A DNA stretch of 63,843 bases, filler included, from Octopus bimaculoides (GCF_001194135.2; 3 parts of 3 records of this genome joined end to end with filler, not necessarily neighbours in it); one strand, 5' to 3'; counted from the whole stretch's first letter, positions 24,590-36,289 are shown. Notes: generated by a model from the sequence alone, not told the origin. Numbers and translations: made by a program.

Positions 24590-25424
24590 GAGAGAGAGAG
24601 ACAGACAAAGTAAGAGAGGGAGGAAGAGAGAGAGAGAGTACGAGAGAGACAAAGGAAGGAGGGAGGGAGACAGAAACAGACAACGAGATAAGTAGATGGA
24701 GAGAGAGATGGAAAGATAAACAGATGGATGGAGAGATAGACAGATAATGGATGGAGAGAGAGATGGAAAGATAGATAGATAGATGGATGGAGAGATAGAT
24801 GGATGGAGATGGAGAGATAGACAGATAGATGGATGGAGAGAGAGAGATAGATGGATGGAGAGAGATAGACAGATAGATGGATGGAGAGATGGACGGATAG
24901 ATGGATGGAGAGAGAGAGAGATGGAGAGATAGACAGATGGATGGAGAGATGGAGAGATAGATGGATGGAGAGATAGACAGATAGAGAGATAGACAGATAG
25001 ATGGAGAGAGAGAGAGATGGAGAGATAGACAGATGGATGGAGAGAGATGGCGAGATAGACAGATAGATGGATGGAGAGAGATGGCGAGATAGACAGATAG
25101 ATGGATGGAGAGAGATGGCGAGATAGACAGATAGATGGATGGAGAGATAGACAGATAGATGGATGGAGAGATAGACAGATAGATGGATGGAGAGATAGAC
25201 AGATAGATGGATGGAGAGATAGACAGATAGATGGATGGAGAGATAGAGGGATGGAGAGAGATGGAGGGATGGAGAGATAGAGGGATGGAGAGATAGAGGG
25301 ATGGAGAGAGATGGAGAGATAGAGGGATGGAGAGAGATGGAGAGATGGAGAGATAGAGGGATGGAGAGATGGAGAGATGGAGAGATAGAGGGATGGAGAG
25401 AGATGGAGAGATGGAGAGATAGAG
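24590..25424. repeat. Purine-rich (GGAT/GAGA/GATAGACA) mini/microsatellite
   Basis: Directly visible; includes a 24-mer ggatggagagatagacagatagat about 4 times. Confidence 0.95.
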
Positions 25425-25524
25425 NNNNNNNNNNNNNNNNNNNNNNNNNNNNNNNNNNNNNNNNNNNNTTAATTAATTAANNNNNNNNNNNNNNNNNNNN
25501 NNNNNNNNNNNNNNNNNNNNNNNN
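25425..25524. other. Artificial 100 bp assembly spacer N44-TTAATTAATTAA-N44
   Basis: Identical construct at 48063-48162; TTAATTAATTAA places stop codons in all six frames. Confidence 0.92.
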
Positions 25525-25525
25525 A

Positions 25526-25582
<57 letters not shown>

Positions 25583-26059
25583 ATATACATATGTATATAT
25601 GTATTTTCAAAAATCAATATCGTAATGACATTGGCCACTTTCGAAAAATCCTTAAAAGCATGTAATATCACTGCCTCATTTTATATGGAGGCTCAAGGAA
25701 ACGAACTCAATATATGACCTGACCTGGTTTATACATGCAAGTCGCTACAACACCTTATCCCAGAAATGTCATCTATGTTCCGAAGAGTCACTCTCAATAT
25801 TGTTAACAAATGGGCACATTATAAATAGATTTATGGAACAATTATCAAGATGCCTACATGCAGCTAAACACACGTTCACAAACTACAATCTTAACCATAC
25901 CTAATTAATGTAAACCTAACACCCACAACTTGGATTAATCAACCTGAGTTAAAAAGAACAGTATCGGAATAACATATACTTAGACATATAACTTTACAAT
26001 CTATACACATATGTATCTATATATGTATATATGTGTATATGTGTTGACGTATGTGCATG

Positions 26060-26099
<40 letters not shown>

Positions 26100-26769
26100 T
26101 GTTAATATACATATATATACATGTGTGTTTGCATGTATATATATATGTATAAAATGAGTGTGTGTATGTGTACTTGGTTTTGCATTGTGTGTATATGGGT
26201 TTACGTATGTGTCTATATGCATATATATATATATCAGTGTATATCAGTCTATATGCATATGTGTACCTAAATATAGGATTTTTTGTATATATGTATGTTC
26301 ATACATGTATATGTGTCTACGTATATCTATGTATATGTATACATATATATGTATGTGTATGTGTGTATATTATATATGTATGTATATGTATGTATGTGTA
26401 TATGTAAGTGTATGTATGTATGTAAATGTATGCATGTGTGTATATGCACAAACACGATAATACTTGTTAAATTATCAATTTTCCTTTCACCTATTTTCTT
26501 TTTCCTCTGAACAGTGACGACAGCAAAAGCTGATTACGTCATTTTATCTAAACTGGAACGAAAGTTTTCCACGTTCATATTTGAATTTTTTGCATTTCTA
26601 CAATATTTTTTACTTTTATTCATTTTCAAACTGGATGGGCATATAACAACTTCCAGATAAAATCAGCCAGTGATGTTACATGCATTTTTAGGGATTTTTC
26701 AAAAGCTGGCAATGTGATTACAATATGGATTTTTATAAAATACACACATACATATATATATATATATAT

Positions 26770-27925
26770 AAGATTGAAATTTACTGCAAAACAAAAGACG
26801 AAGACAGGTGTATGAACTACAAACAGGTGTATTAGTTTGATGCTCGGGAAAATGAGAAAGTCTTTTATGTTTCGAGCTTATGCTCTTCAACAGAAAGGAA
26901 TAAGAGAAAATAAACAGAGAGAAAAAATTGTGGATTTAGCAATCAAACATGGCAGCTGGTTGGGAAAAAAAGTTTGACAGGAGAGGTAGAAAGAAGAGGA
27001 GATAATAAAGTATTGGTGATCCCAAAATGAAGGTGCGCATGTGTGTGTGTGTGCATGTGGATAAGGGCTAGTGACTTTGACGTGTGGGTGTGTGCATGTG
27101 TAAGTGTGTGCGTGTGTAAGTGTGTGCGTCTGTAATGCTTAGGTGTGTGGATGATGGGTTGTGGGTATGCAGATGATGGTGTATGGTGTGGGTGCTGGGA
27201 AATGGTCAGTGCTAGTGTATGTGGAGTGGTATGGGGCGGTGTGATATGGTGTGGCTGTGTGGTATGGGGGTGTAGTGGTATGATGGGGATGGGGGTGTGG
27301 GGTAGAGGTAGGGAATGTGGGAATGGGGTGTGTGGGTGCGGGGTGTGGGTGGAGGGGGTATCGATGAGGAGAGAAGGTGGGTAGGAGTGAAGAGAGGAAG
27401 TGGGTGACAGAGCAAGAGAGGAGAGGAGAGGCGTGTAGGAGTGAAGAGAGAAAGTAAGTATCAGATGAAGAGAGGAGGGGAGTCGAGCCCATATGGTGCA
27501 AAGGAGCAAAGAGAGAAGATTAGTTCTTGTTCACTGCGAAGGCAGGAGTCTGGATGGCCCCTGTGCAAAGACAATCTGAACACAAACAGATGTAGTGAAT
27601 GACCAGTAGAGTGGAAATGGCATGAGATTGGGGTATTATTGCCAAGTCTAATGTCTTGGACGTGCTCCATGAACTGGTCAGCCAAACGGGGTTCTGTTTG
27701 ACCGATGTACAGAGAAGGACAGAATAAGCAGTAGATACAGTAAATGACATTGCTAGAAGTGCAGATAAAGGAATCGGTGATATGACAGAGATGATGATAG
27801 GTGCCTGTGAGGACAGTGGTGTTGGAGAAGTAGGGGTAAGTGCAGTAGCATGGGTGGGAGCAGGGGAACAAGCCAGGTTGTGAGGTGGGATTAAGGAAGA
27901 AACTGTGCTGACACCATGTATAAAG
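26770..27925 (-). mobile_element. Penelope-like element 3' part: GIY-YIG endonuclease, pyrimidine/CA-rich linker, then a terminal repeat with hammerhead-like motif
   Basis: FICTSSNVIYCIYCLFCPSLYIGQTEPRLADQFMEHVQDIR (GIY-YIG) at 27520-27800, then low-complexity sequence, then a family H1 repeat in the same orientation. Confidence 0.85.
26862..26897 (-). ncRNA. Minimal hammerhead-like motif, core CUGUUGA
   Basis: CUUU-CUGUUGA-A-GAGC(AUAA)GCUC-GAAAC-AUA-AAAG. Confidence 0.5.
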
Positions 27926-28115
27926 CACCCATGCCATCGCCTAGTAAAAAGCACCCAGTACACACTATAAGTTTGTGGGTATTAGGAAAGGCGTCCAGGC
28001 ATAGAAACCATGCTAAAACAGACAATTAGAGCCTGGTGCAGCCGCCCAGCTTGCCAGCTCCTGTCAAACCATCCAACCAATGACAGAACAGAAAACACAC
28101 ATTAAATGATAATGA
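27913..28115 (+). mobile_element. Family C repeat (RTE-LINE 3' tail / RTE-tailed SINE)
   Basis: attaggaaaggcgtccagg...gagcctggtgcagcc...gtcaaaccatccaacc...cattaaatgataatg matches the 3' end of the RTE at 48990-49170. Confidence 0.75.
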
Positions 28116-29889
28116 TAATGATAACGATGTATATATATATATATATATATATNNNNNNNNNNNNNNNNNNNNNNNNNNNNNNNNNNNNNNNNNNNNNNNN
28201 NNNNNNNNNNNNNNNNNNNNNNNNNNNNNNNNNNNNNNNNNNNNNNNNNNNNNNNNNNNNNNNNNNNNNNNNNNNNNNNNNNNNNNNNNNNNNNNNNNNN
28301 NNNNNNNNNNNNNNNNNNNNNNNNNNNNNNNNNNNNNNNNNNNNNNNNNNNNNNNNNCCTTATAGAATTTGAGCTTAATGTATTTCATCTGAAGAATACC
28401 AGCTAGATGGTCACATATCTTAAAATCACAAAGTTACTTAGTTACTCGAAGCTAGACAACATTTCTACTGTCTAATGTCTTATAACCACAAACTCCAGGT
28501 CACGTAATATGTGAATATTTGTCAGTTATGTTTTATAGGTTAACTAATTCAAGATATGAAAATCTTGGATGACCCAAATGATAAGGCATTAATTAACCAA
28601 ATGAGGCACCAACAGCTTGCAGATTATCACTTAGGCTCAAGAATATGTGTGTGTTTGTGTGGACGTAGCCATAGTTTTGTGGTTAAGAAGTTTGCTTCTC
28701 ATTAGTAAAAAAAAACTCTAGAGAGAGCTTATCTACAGAGTGTTTTCAGAGAAGAAGTCCTCCTCATACAAATGATTCAGTCTTTAACTCCTTACATTCT
28801 AAGAGAGCCAAGACACATCCAGGTCATTAATCATGGGTACCACTTTGCTTTCACATTCTGTGCCATTGTCTACACTGTAACCCTCCTGAGTAGTTAAAGT
28901 GTCCCAGATCAAAAGTATCTTGGGTGTTGTTACTAGTTCATTCAAAGACACCAGTTTATTGTATGCTAAATGACACCTTTTGGAATTCATTTCCACTCCT
29001 CTTTGATCAGATCCAGATGGAACTCTTCCCAGTTGCTTGTGTCATTAGCTTAAGAGCTCAGGCTTTCTTTCTCATGGAAATCATCTTCAGATTTGCCCAA
29101 AACCTCTCTCGCACCCCCCACTATGGCAAGGTTTTTGGTTTGGGAACCAGATTCTCTCAGTCCGATAGCTACAAGGGACATTCCAGAAGTTCTGAGACAT
29201 TTTAGGAGATGTAATTATAAGCATCTGAGATTATTTAAATTTTAACATATCATTACTATGTATCAAATAAGCTGACCTGCCAACTTTTGTTATTCCATAT
29301 TGAAAGAGATGGCTGTAACAGCACATTGAACACAACCTACTAAACACTGTTGCCATAATTTCATCCTAGTAATATATGACTTCAATGAGATGGGCATCAA
29401 AGCTTGTTGCATTCCAACAAACACATCACCAACTAGAATACAGTTGGCAACTTCCTAGGGATTTAATTCTAAATGGTTGAAGACTACATACTATATAAAG
29501 TATTCTAAGTATAAGTATACATCACCACTTCTTTTATTTTGCCCCCCCCCCACTATTTTCCCCTCTGCTACTCTTTAAGTTATAGTAGGCTTAACAAGGT
29601 ATGCATTATTTTCTAAACTCATTCTGCCACAGATATAACAAAACGAAATAATGTAAATATTTTGGTTTCCATTATTGATGTAAATTTGTTTTTAATAAAT
29701 GGTTTATCCCTTATGTTTGATGCCTGTGTGGTTATCAGAAGAGAGCGGTTTCTTTCAAATTGATGTAAATGTTCTAATTAATCAATTAAATGGAGCTGCT
29801 TAAAACAGCCGTAATGAATTGGCACCTGTACATCCTTGTTACTTATTTGTATTCTGTTCACTTAACTTGGAATCTATACTTCAGAAATA

Positions 29890-31761
29890 CAGTAGACCCC
29901 TCTTTATAAATCCATCTTGGGACAGCCTATTTCAGATTTATTAAACAAGGGATTTATTAACAGAGGGAACAAAATTCGCCAATTGATTAAACATGTGTAT
30001 TTATCAAAATACATACATATGCCAATACACAAATAAAAACATTATCAGCAATGTCACTGAATGAAAAATTTGTCAAGTGTTGTTTGTTTTGCTGGACAAC
30101 CAGTTCTCGAATTGCTTTTTGGTCAATCCAGTAAGTGGTGAAGGCAGGATCAAATCTTCGTTAACATCTATGGCTTCATTTGATTCTTCGGCCAAAACAA
30201 AACCAGCTTTGGTCCAACAATGTTTGATCGTCTGGCTATAGACCTTCTCCAAGCTACACTTAACATGTACAAGGCATCCAAAATGGGGATATACTTTGCA
30301 ACTTCTTGGGAAAATATGTCATGTTCAGTGTCTTCCATAACATCAATGATCTCGTGCATTTCGTATCTGAAGTAGGCTTTCAAGGTCTTGATTATCCCCA
30401 TGTTCAGGGCTGCAGTTGTGTTGGGAGGAAGAAATTTTAAAGTGATATTCTTGAGATCATCGATAACTACATGAGAAGAGCAATTGTCAAGTAAGACTAC
30501 CACTTGTCTTCCAGATTCCTGCAGACAATTATTCCATGATCTGAGCCATCTTCCATCGATTTATTCTGTCATCCAAGCATTGGTTAAAAAGTCATACTGA
30601 ATCAAAAGCGTTCTGACATTTTTGAAACATCTTGGTGAACCAGCCTTTCTGATTAAGAGCAAGTCTCACGAAATTGGTTGTTTCATGAAATTGATGGGCT
30701 CCATTGATCTCATCTTCAGATGCTTTACCTGCAAAGTATGAGATGGTTAGTTTGTGTTCTCTAAAGAGAAAAATGTGAACTAGTGAACTACAACGCTTAC
30801 CTTTTAGAACCATAAAAGAGATTCCATGTCGTTTGTGCCAACAGCAAAACCAACCTCCAGATACCTTAAAATCATGTCCAGCAGCTTGAGCAATAGTGTT
30901 AGCTTTGTGCATTAGGATTTGGCCATTGACGGAAATTTCTCAAGCAAATAAATTGAAATCAATCGTAGAAAGCACAGTCTATCTGTTGGTCTTTTCCTTC
31001 TCATTGGTGCTTTCTCTTTGATGGACTGCCATCGTGTTCTTTGGCACAAAGGTCATCCGCATTCTTTGGCAAATTCAGGAGCAGAACACTTGACATTCCC
31101 AAACTATGTGCTGCTTTCCACTGAGTTGTTTTCCCAAGAGCTTTGTAACATTCTAACAATTGAATCTTTTCTGCCACAGATTTGTCCTGCCTCTCTTTTT
31201 TCATTTTGAACATTTTGAACAACTTATATGTATGTCTGCCTCTCTGCACGAATGACCAATGATGCGTTTCTTTCATCCTTAAATACTAATAAGTAGGCTC
31301 CAGCAGCCACAACCAACCAGCAGCCACGACCAACCAGCTGTCACATGGTATACACCATCATCCAATGAATGAGAAGGGTGCATAATTTTGACAAGTGGTA
31401 TCTTGGAGCCTACTTTTTAACTTGAATGACAGCATTGTGTGGTAGACTCCAGCATCCACCACCAGCTACTACATATTTATTGATCTATATTTTGGATGAT
31501 GGAGTGTACCATAAGACAGCTGGTTGGCTGGCTGTGGCCACTGAAGCCTACCAGTCAGTATTTAAGTGTGAAAAATAAAGCACTTCATTTGTTCACTGCC
31601 ACTTGTTGAAACTTTAGGAAGGAGCAGCAACAATTGGATTTATTAAGCAATGGTTTTGATTTATTGAGAGATTTTACAGGTAAAAATTCCGTCCCAACCT
31701 ATTTTGGATACCTTAAGCGGGTGGATTTATTATCAGTGGATTTATAAAGCAGGATCTACTG
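29890..31761 (-). mobile_element. Tigger/pogo DNA transposon, both ends present, decayed transposase
   Basis: 24 bp TIRs (21/24 identical) cagtaga(c/t)cc..ctttataaatcc with TA on both sides; N-terminal HTH (SVAEKIQLLECY), CENP-B-type HTH (FKVSGGWFCCWHKRHGI) and DDE_1 (VVLLDNCSSH...LKFLPPNTTAAL..GIIKTLKAYFR). Confidence 0.92.
31278..31566. repeat. Foldback/MITE-like inverted repeat inside the Tigger 5' region
   Basis: Arms 31278-31365 and 31492-31566 are diverged reverse complements; TTAA at both outer ends. Confidence 0.7.
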
Positions 31762-31964
31762 TACTACAGAACGTACCTTTATATAAAAAAATATATAAAA
31801 AGTACATGTCTGAATTAGCAAGAGAAGATACTACTCACATGTATGATGTCTTTCACGGAAACTGACAGAATCTACATTTTCAGTTACATCTTGGAACTCT
31901 AAGGACTTCACTGTCTCTTTTGTTTGCTTCAGACAGTAATACTTCAGACAGTATATTAAATATC

Positions 31965-32418
31965 TTCAGGGTGATGAGCTGGCAGAGTTGTTAGCCTCAC
32001 CAGGCAAAATGCTTGGCAGCATTTCATCTGTCTTTACATTCTGAGCTTAAATTCAACTGAGGTCAACTCTGCTTTTCATCCTTAAGGGTTCATGAAATAA
32101 ATGTCACTCAAGTATTGGGGTTGATGTAGTCAACTAGCTCCCTCCCCCAAAACTTCAGGCCTTTTGTCTATAGTAAAAAGTATTATTGATAATTATACGC
32201 TGAAGCAGCATGCTGGTCAAATCGTTACCACACCTGACAAAAGGCTCAGCAGCAGGTCATCCATCTTTGTGTTCTAAGTTCAAATTCCACCAAGGTCAAC
32301 TTTTCCTTTTATCCTTTCAGGGTCGATAAGATAAGTACCAGTTGATCACTAGGGTAGATAGTATTGATTTATCCCTTTCCTCAAATTTGTTGGCCTTATG
32401 CATAAATCATATACCATT
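31965..32418 (+). mobile_element. Two tandem diverged SINE family A copies
   Basis: gagctggcagagttgttagc...ggtcaactctgcttttcatcc and gttctaagttcaaattccaccaaggtcaacttttccttttatcctttcagggtcgataag. Confidence 0.8.
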
Positions 32419-32529
32419 ATTAATAAAACTACAGAATTGATACAGCTATGAACAGCAAATGGGAACCGGTATTAAGGAAGGATAGGAAAATATTAGATTT
32501 ATAAGCCCTAAAATTCACTTCATAATTAC

Positions 32530-32620
32530 CTACGGGCATATGGCTTAGTGGTTAAGATCCTGGGCTACAAACCTCAAAATTCCGAGTTCAATTCCAGGCA
32601 GTGACCTGAATAATAATATT
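32530..32620 (+). mobile_element. Short tRNA-like SINE with (AAT)n tail
   Basis: A box TGGCTTAGTGG and B box GAGTTCAATTCC followed by gaataataata. Confidence 0.5.
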
Positions 32621-32705
32621 TTAAAAAAGGATTGATGTAACTCTTCACGAAGGTAAACAGTCAAGACGAAGAGCGCGATTTGTTTGTATAAATATTTTAT
32701 TAGTT

Positions 32706-32744
32706 GAACGATATTTCAACAGTACATCTGTCTTTGTCAAGTTC
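32706..32744 (-). ncRNA. Decayed minimal hammerhead-like motif
   Basis: GAAC-UUGACAA-A-GACAG(AUGUA)CUGUU-GAAAU-AUC-GUUC; stems intact, core has 2 substitutions. Confidence 0.4.
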
Positions 32745-33055
32745 AAAATAAAAATTGATAAAAATTCAAAATTACAGAAATTTAAACGTAAACTATGAAC
32801 GAGAGTAACCAGCGTCCATACATTGATGGAATGACATCATCAGCTTTTAAGTTTTATAACAGGCAGAAAGAAAGAAAAAAATAGAAAAAGGAAGACAGAA
32901 AAAAAAGGAAAGAAAAAGAGAGAAAGAAGAATATTCAATCAAACAGTTTTGTATTAATTTGATGATATTCTCCTGTCATCTTATTCATTCTTCCAGGGCT
33001 TGATGTTAATAATAATAATAACATTGAAAAATACCAGGTTTGAAATTTCCCCAAG

Positions 33056-33099
33056 ACACCTGAAGAAGGCTGGAGGGTTTATCAGCTGAAAGGTTGTGT
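33056..33099 (+). ncRNA. Minimal type-I hammerhead-like motif
   Basis: ACAC-CUGAAGA-A-GGCUG(GAGGGUUUAU)CAGCU-GAAAG-GUU-GUGU. Confidence 0.55.
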
Positions 33100-33383
33100 T
33101 AACAACAAACAAGATGAGGACAAATATCCGTCAAATGTAAATAATGTAAATAATATACAGAATTGATATCCTGAAATCACCTTGGTAATGCTTGCAATGG
33201 TGCCTGTGCAAAGCAGCCAGTAGTAAAAACTGAGCCAAATTAGACTGTAGAAGGTGGTGCAGCACCTGGCTTTGCCAGCTCCTGTCAAACTGACATTAAA
33301 TGATGATACTATTTTGTAAACTATCAAGAGCTTTGTATTCCCATACATATATGTATATATATCTATATACATCTATGTAGCTA

Positions 33384-33423
<40 letters not shown>

Positions 33424-33445
33424 CATCTATCTATCTATCTATCTA

Positions 33446-33494
<49 letters not shown>

Positions 33495-33957
33495 NNNNNN
33501 NNNNNNNNNNNNNNNNNNNNNNNNNNNNNNNNNNNNNNNNNNNNNNNNNNNNNNNNNNNNNNNNNNNNNNNNNNNNNNNNNNNNNNNNNNNNNNNNNNNN
33601 NNNNNNNNNNNNNNNNNNNNNNNNNNNNNNNNNNNNNNNNNNNNNNNNNNNNNNNNNNNNNNNNNNNNNNNNNNNNNNNNNNNNNNNNNNNNNNNNNNNN
33701 NNNNNNNNNNNNNNNNNNNNNNNNNNNNNNNNNNNNNNNNNNNNNNNNNNNNNNNNNNNNNNNNNNNNNNNNNNNNNNNNNNNNNNNNNNNNNNNNNNNN
33801 NNNNNNNNNNNNNNNNNNNNNNNNNNNNNNNNNNNNNNNNNNNNNNNNNNNNNNNNNNNNNNNNNNNNNNNNNNNNNNNNNNNNNNNNNNNNNNNNNNNN
33901 NNNNNNNNNNNNNNNNNNNNNNNNNNNNNNNNNNNNNNNNNNNNNNNNNNNNNNNNN

Positions 33958-34140
33958 AATTCACCAAAAAGCAAAAGATGAAGACAGGTGGTGTAGATAA
34001 CATACAGATGTATTAGTATAATGCTCGGGAATTGAAAAAGTCTTTAACGTTTCAAGCCTATGCTCTTGAACAGAAAGGAACACAGAAAGAAACAAGGAAA
34101 GAAAAAAAAGAATGTGTAGTGACTAGCGATCTATCATGGC
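33958..34140 (-). mobile_element. Family H1 Penelope-like terminal fragment (hammerhead-like motif at 34042-34077)
   Basis: Homologous to 1998-2172; CUUU-CUGUUCA-A-GAGC(AUAG)GCUU-GAAAC-GUU-AAAG. Confidence 0.7.
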
Positions 34141-34179
34141 GAATATATATATATATATATATATATATACATTTATACA

Positions 34180-35592
34180 TACAGGGTGCGATGGGTAAAT
34201 TGTCACCATTTTATATTTTTGATTTTGTGCATGTGCATTGCTTGTTTTAGATTTTGTTGACTACACAGTATAGTAGGGTCAGTTGGGCATTGTCTGTAAG
34301 AAAAACAACACTATGACGCAATTCACTCTGCCAGAAATTTGGAAACAGCATACTGTGCTGCTTGGCATTCATGCTGGAAGCTCCAATAGGAACATTTCAA
34401 GGTGTTTGGTTGTCAATCTGTGGGAAGTGCAGAGGATTTGGAAAGAGTTGGATGAGTCTAATGATGATTAAGAAGGTACGGCAGCTCGGAAAACCCACTC
34501 TGGTTGTTTTGAGAAGAACAGAACTCCTGAATTTTTTGGTGAGATCCAGGCCATGATTGACAAAGATCCCTCCAAATCAATCAGGTCCATCACCAGGGAC
34601 ATGGGAGTGTCTGAGTTTCTTATCAGGCAGGTAAAGCATGAAAACATTCGGTATTCTCAACATGGAGGCCTACATCAAGTGCTTGGAGGAGGTAGTGCTG
34701 CTCTGGGTCAAGAGAGTGGCTGTTAGAAGACCCTATGTCTGGCAACAGGATTCTGCACCATGTCACACAAGGAGGAGAACTCATACAAGTGGAGAAAGGG
34801 CCAATTTTTATCTCAAGCCATCAAGGGCAAGAGGAAAAGCTGCATTACGAAGCTTTTGAACAAAAGCATCCCTTCCAACTGAACATCTTTGGTTTTTCTC
34901 AGACAAGAAAAATTGCTGTCAGGATCAGATGGAAAAACAAAGAACAACCGTTGGCTTGCCTTGTCCCCAAAGCATGTACTGAGAGTGATAAAAATCAAAC
35001 ATCCAGTCAACATCACTAGTGATGGTGATGTTATGCCACCATTCATCTTCCCATACGGTCTCAGACTTAACACAGAGGCCTACATCAAGTGGCTGGAGGT
35101 AGTAGTACTGCCTTGGGTCAAGAGGGTGGGTGCTAGAAGACCCTGTGTCTGGCAACATGACTCTGCAGCTTGCCACACAAGCAGGAGAACCTAGTCGTGG
35201 CTGTAAGATAATTTCTGAAACTACATCACCCCTAACATCTGGCCACCTAACTCCCCAGACTACAACCCCCCCCCCCTGATTATTATGTGTCGGGTACATT
35301 GAGCCAGAGACCAACAAAACTCCTTCTAACACCAAAGATGAACTAAAGGCAAGGATTATGGTAACATTCACCAACATAAACAAGGAGACCGTCCAGAAGA
35401 GTTGTAGGAGATTCTGAAGTCGTCTGGAGGTCGTGGTTGAAGCCAATGGTGATTTTATGGAATAAATTTACTCTAATATATCAAGATATTTTTACATAAT
35501 TTTAGTAAATTTATAATATATCTGTTAAAATGAAATGCCAGTGCTATTTTCACTTTTGTGTAATTTAGATGCCAATATAGTCACTGCACCCT
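34180..35592 (+). mobile_element. Tc1/mariner superfamily element, maT (DD37D)-like, decayed and internally rearranged
   Basis: TA-cagggtgc...gcaccctg-TA termini; FFSDKKN, DGDVMPPFIFP, WQ(Q/H)DSA.CH and WPPNSPDYNP.DY motifs; about 37 residues between the 2nd and 3rd Asp, disrupted by a C-run. Confidence 0.85.
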
Positions 35593-35624
35593 GTAGATAT
35601 ATATATATATATATATATATCATC

Positions 35625-35795
35625 ATTATCATCCTCATCGTTTAACATCTGCTTTCTATGCTGGCATGGGTTGGACAGTTTGAATGGAGTTGTCTAGACT
35701 TCAATTACCTATAGTGGCATGGCTTCTGTGGCTGGATGCCCTTCCTAATGTCAATCACTTAACAAAGTGTGGTGGGTGCTTTTTATGTACTACCA
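35625..35795 (-). mobile_element. Family C repeat
   Basis: catcatcgtttaacatctgctttctatgctggcatgggttggac...tggctggatgcccttcctaatg. Confidence 0.8.
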
Positions 35796-35803
35796 GCACT
35801 GTA

Positions 35804-35843
<40 letters not shown>

Positions 35844-36289
35844 TCTGTAAAGTGTACAGACACTATTATTTTATTTCCCTCCTTTCTTCTTTGGATGTTT
35901 GATGGTCAAAGAGAAGGTTTTCCTTCTAACAGCTCTGTCATAGTAGCCAAGTTGAAGGAGATGCTGCCCAGAAGTACTCCAACTCATATGGAATTGCTCT
36001 ACATCATCAACTGCCTTATATAATAAGGATTATTCTCAAGAAACCACTTGACTGCCTGAACACATCTGTTAGGGAGCCCAAGTCAACCCCGAACAGAGTG
36101 CTGTTGATTCCTTTCTTTTGCTGGTGAATTATACAATCATTTTGTTGACTGTAGGCAAGAAGAATCCCAAGGTTTTGTGCAGTCTTACACTAGCTAAGTC
36201 CACCCTCAGATTCACCCTCTGGAAATCAGACAACTCTTTTGCTTCTTGTGTTAGTAGCAAAGCTAAAAACTATTTATATACTCCAATCT

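Noticed and set aside
28740-29210. Higher-complexity stretch with ORFs 28799-28996 and 28924-29205
   Set aside because: No recognisable domain or consistent splice sites; only a vague Tc1-like EEWK.IP fragment.
32530-32605. Possible tRNA gene
   Set aside because: A/B boxes are present, but I could not build a cloverleaf, and an (AAT)n tail follows, so it was treated as a SINE.
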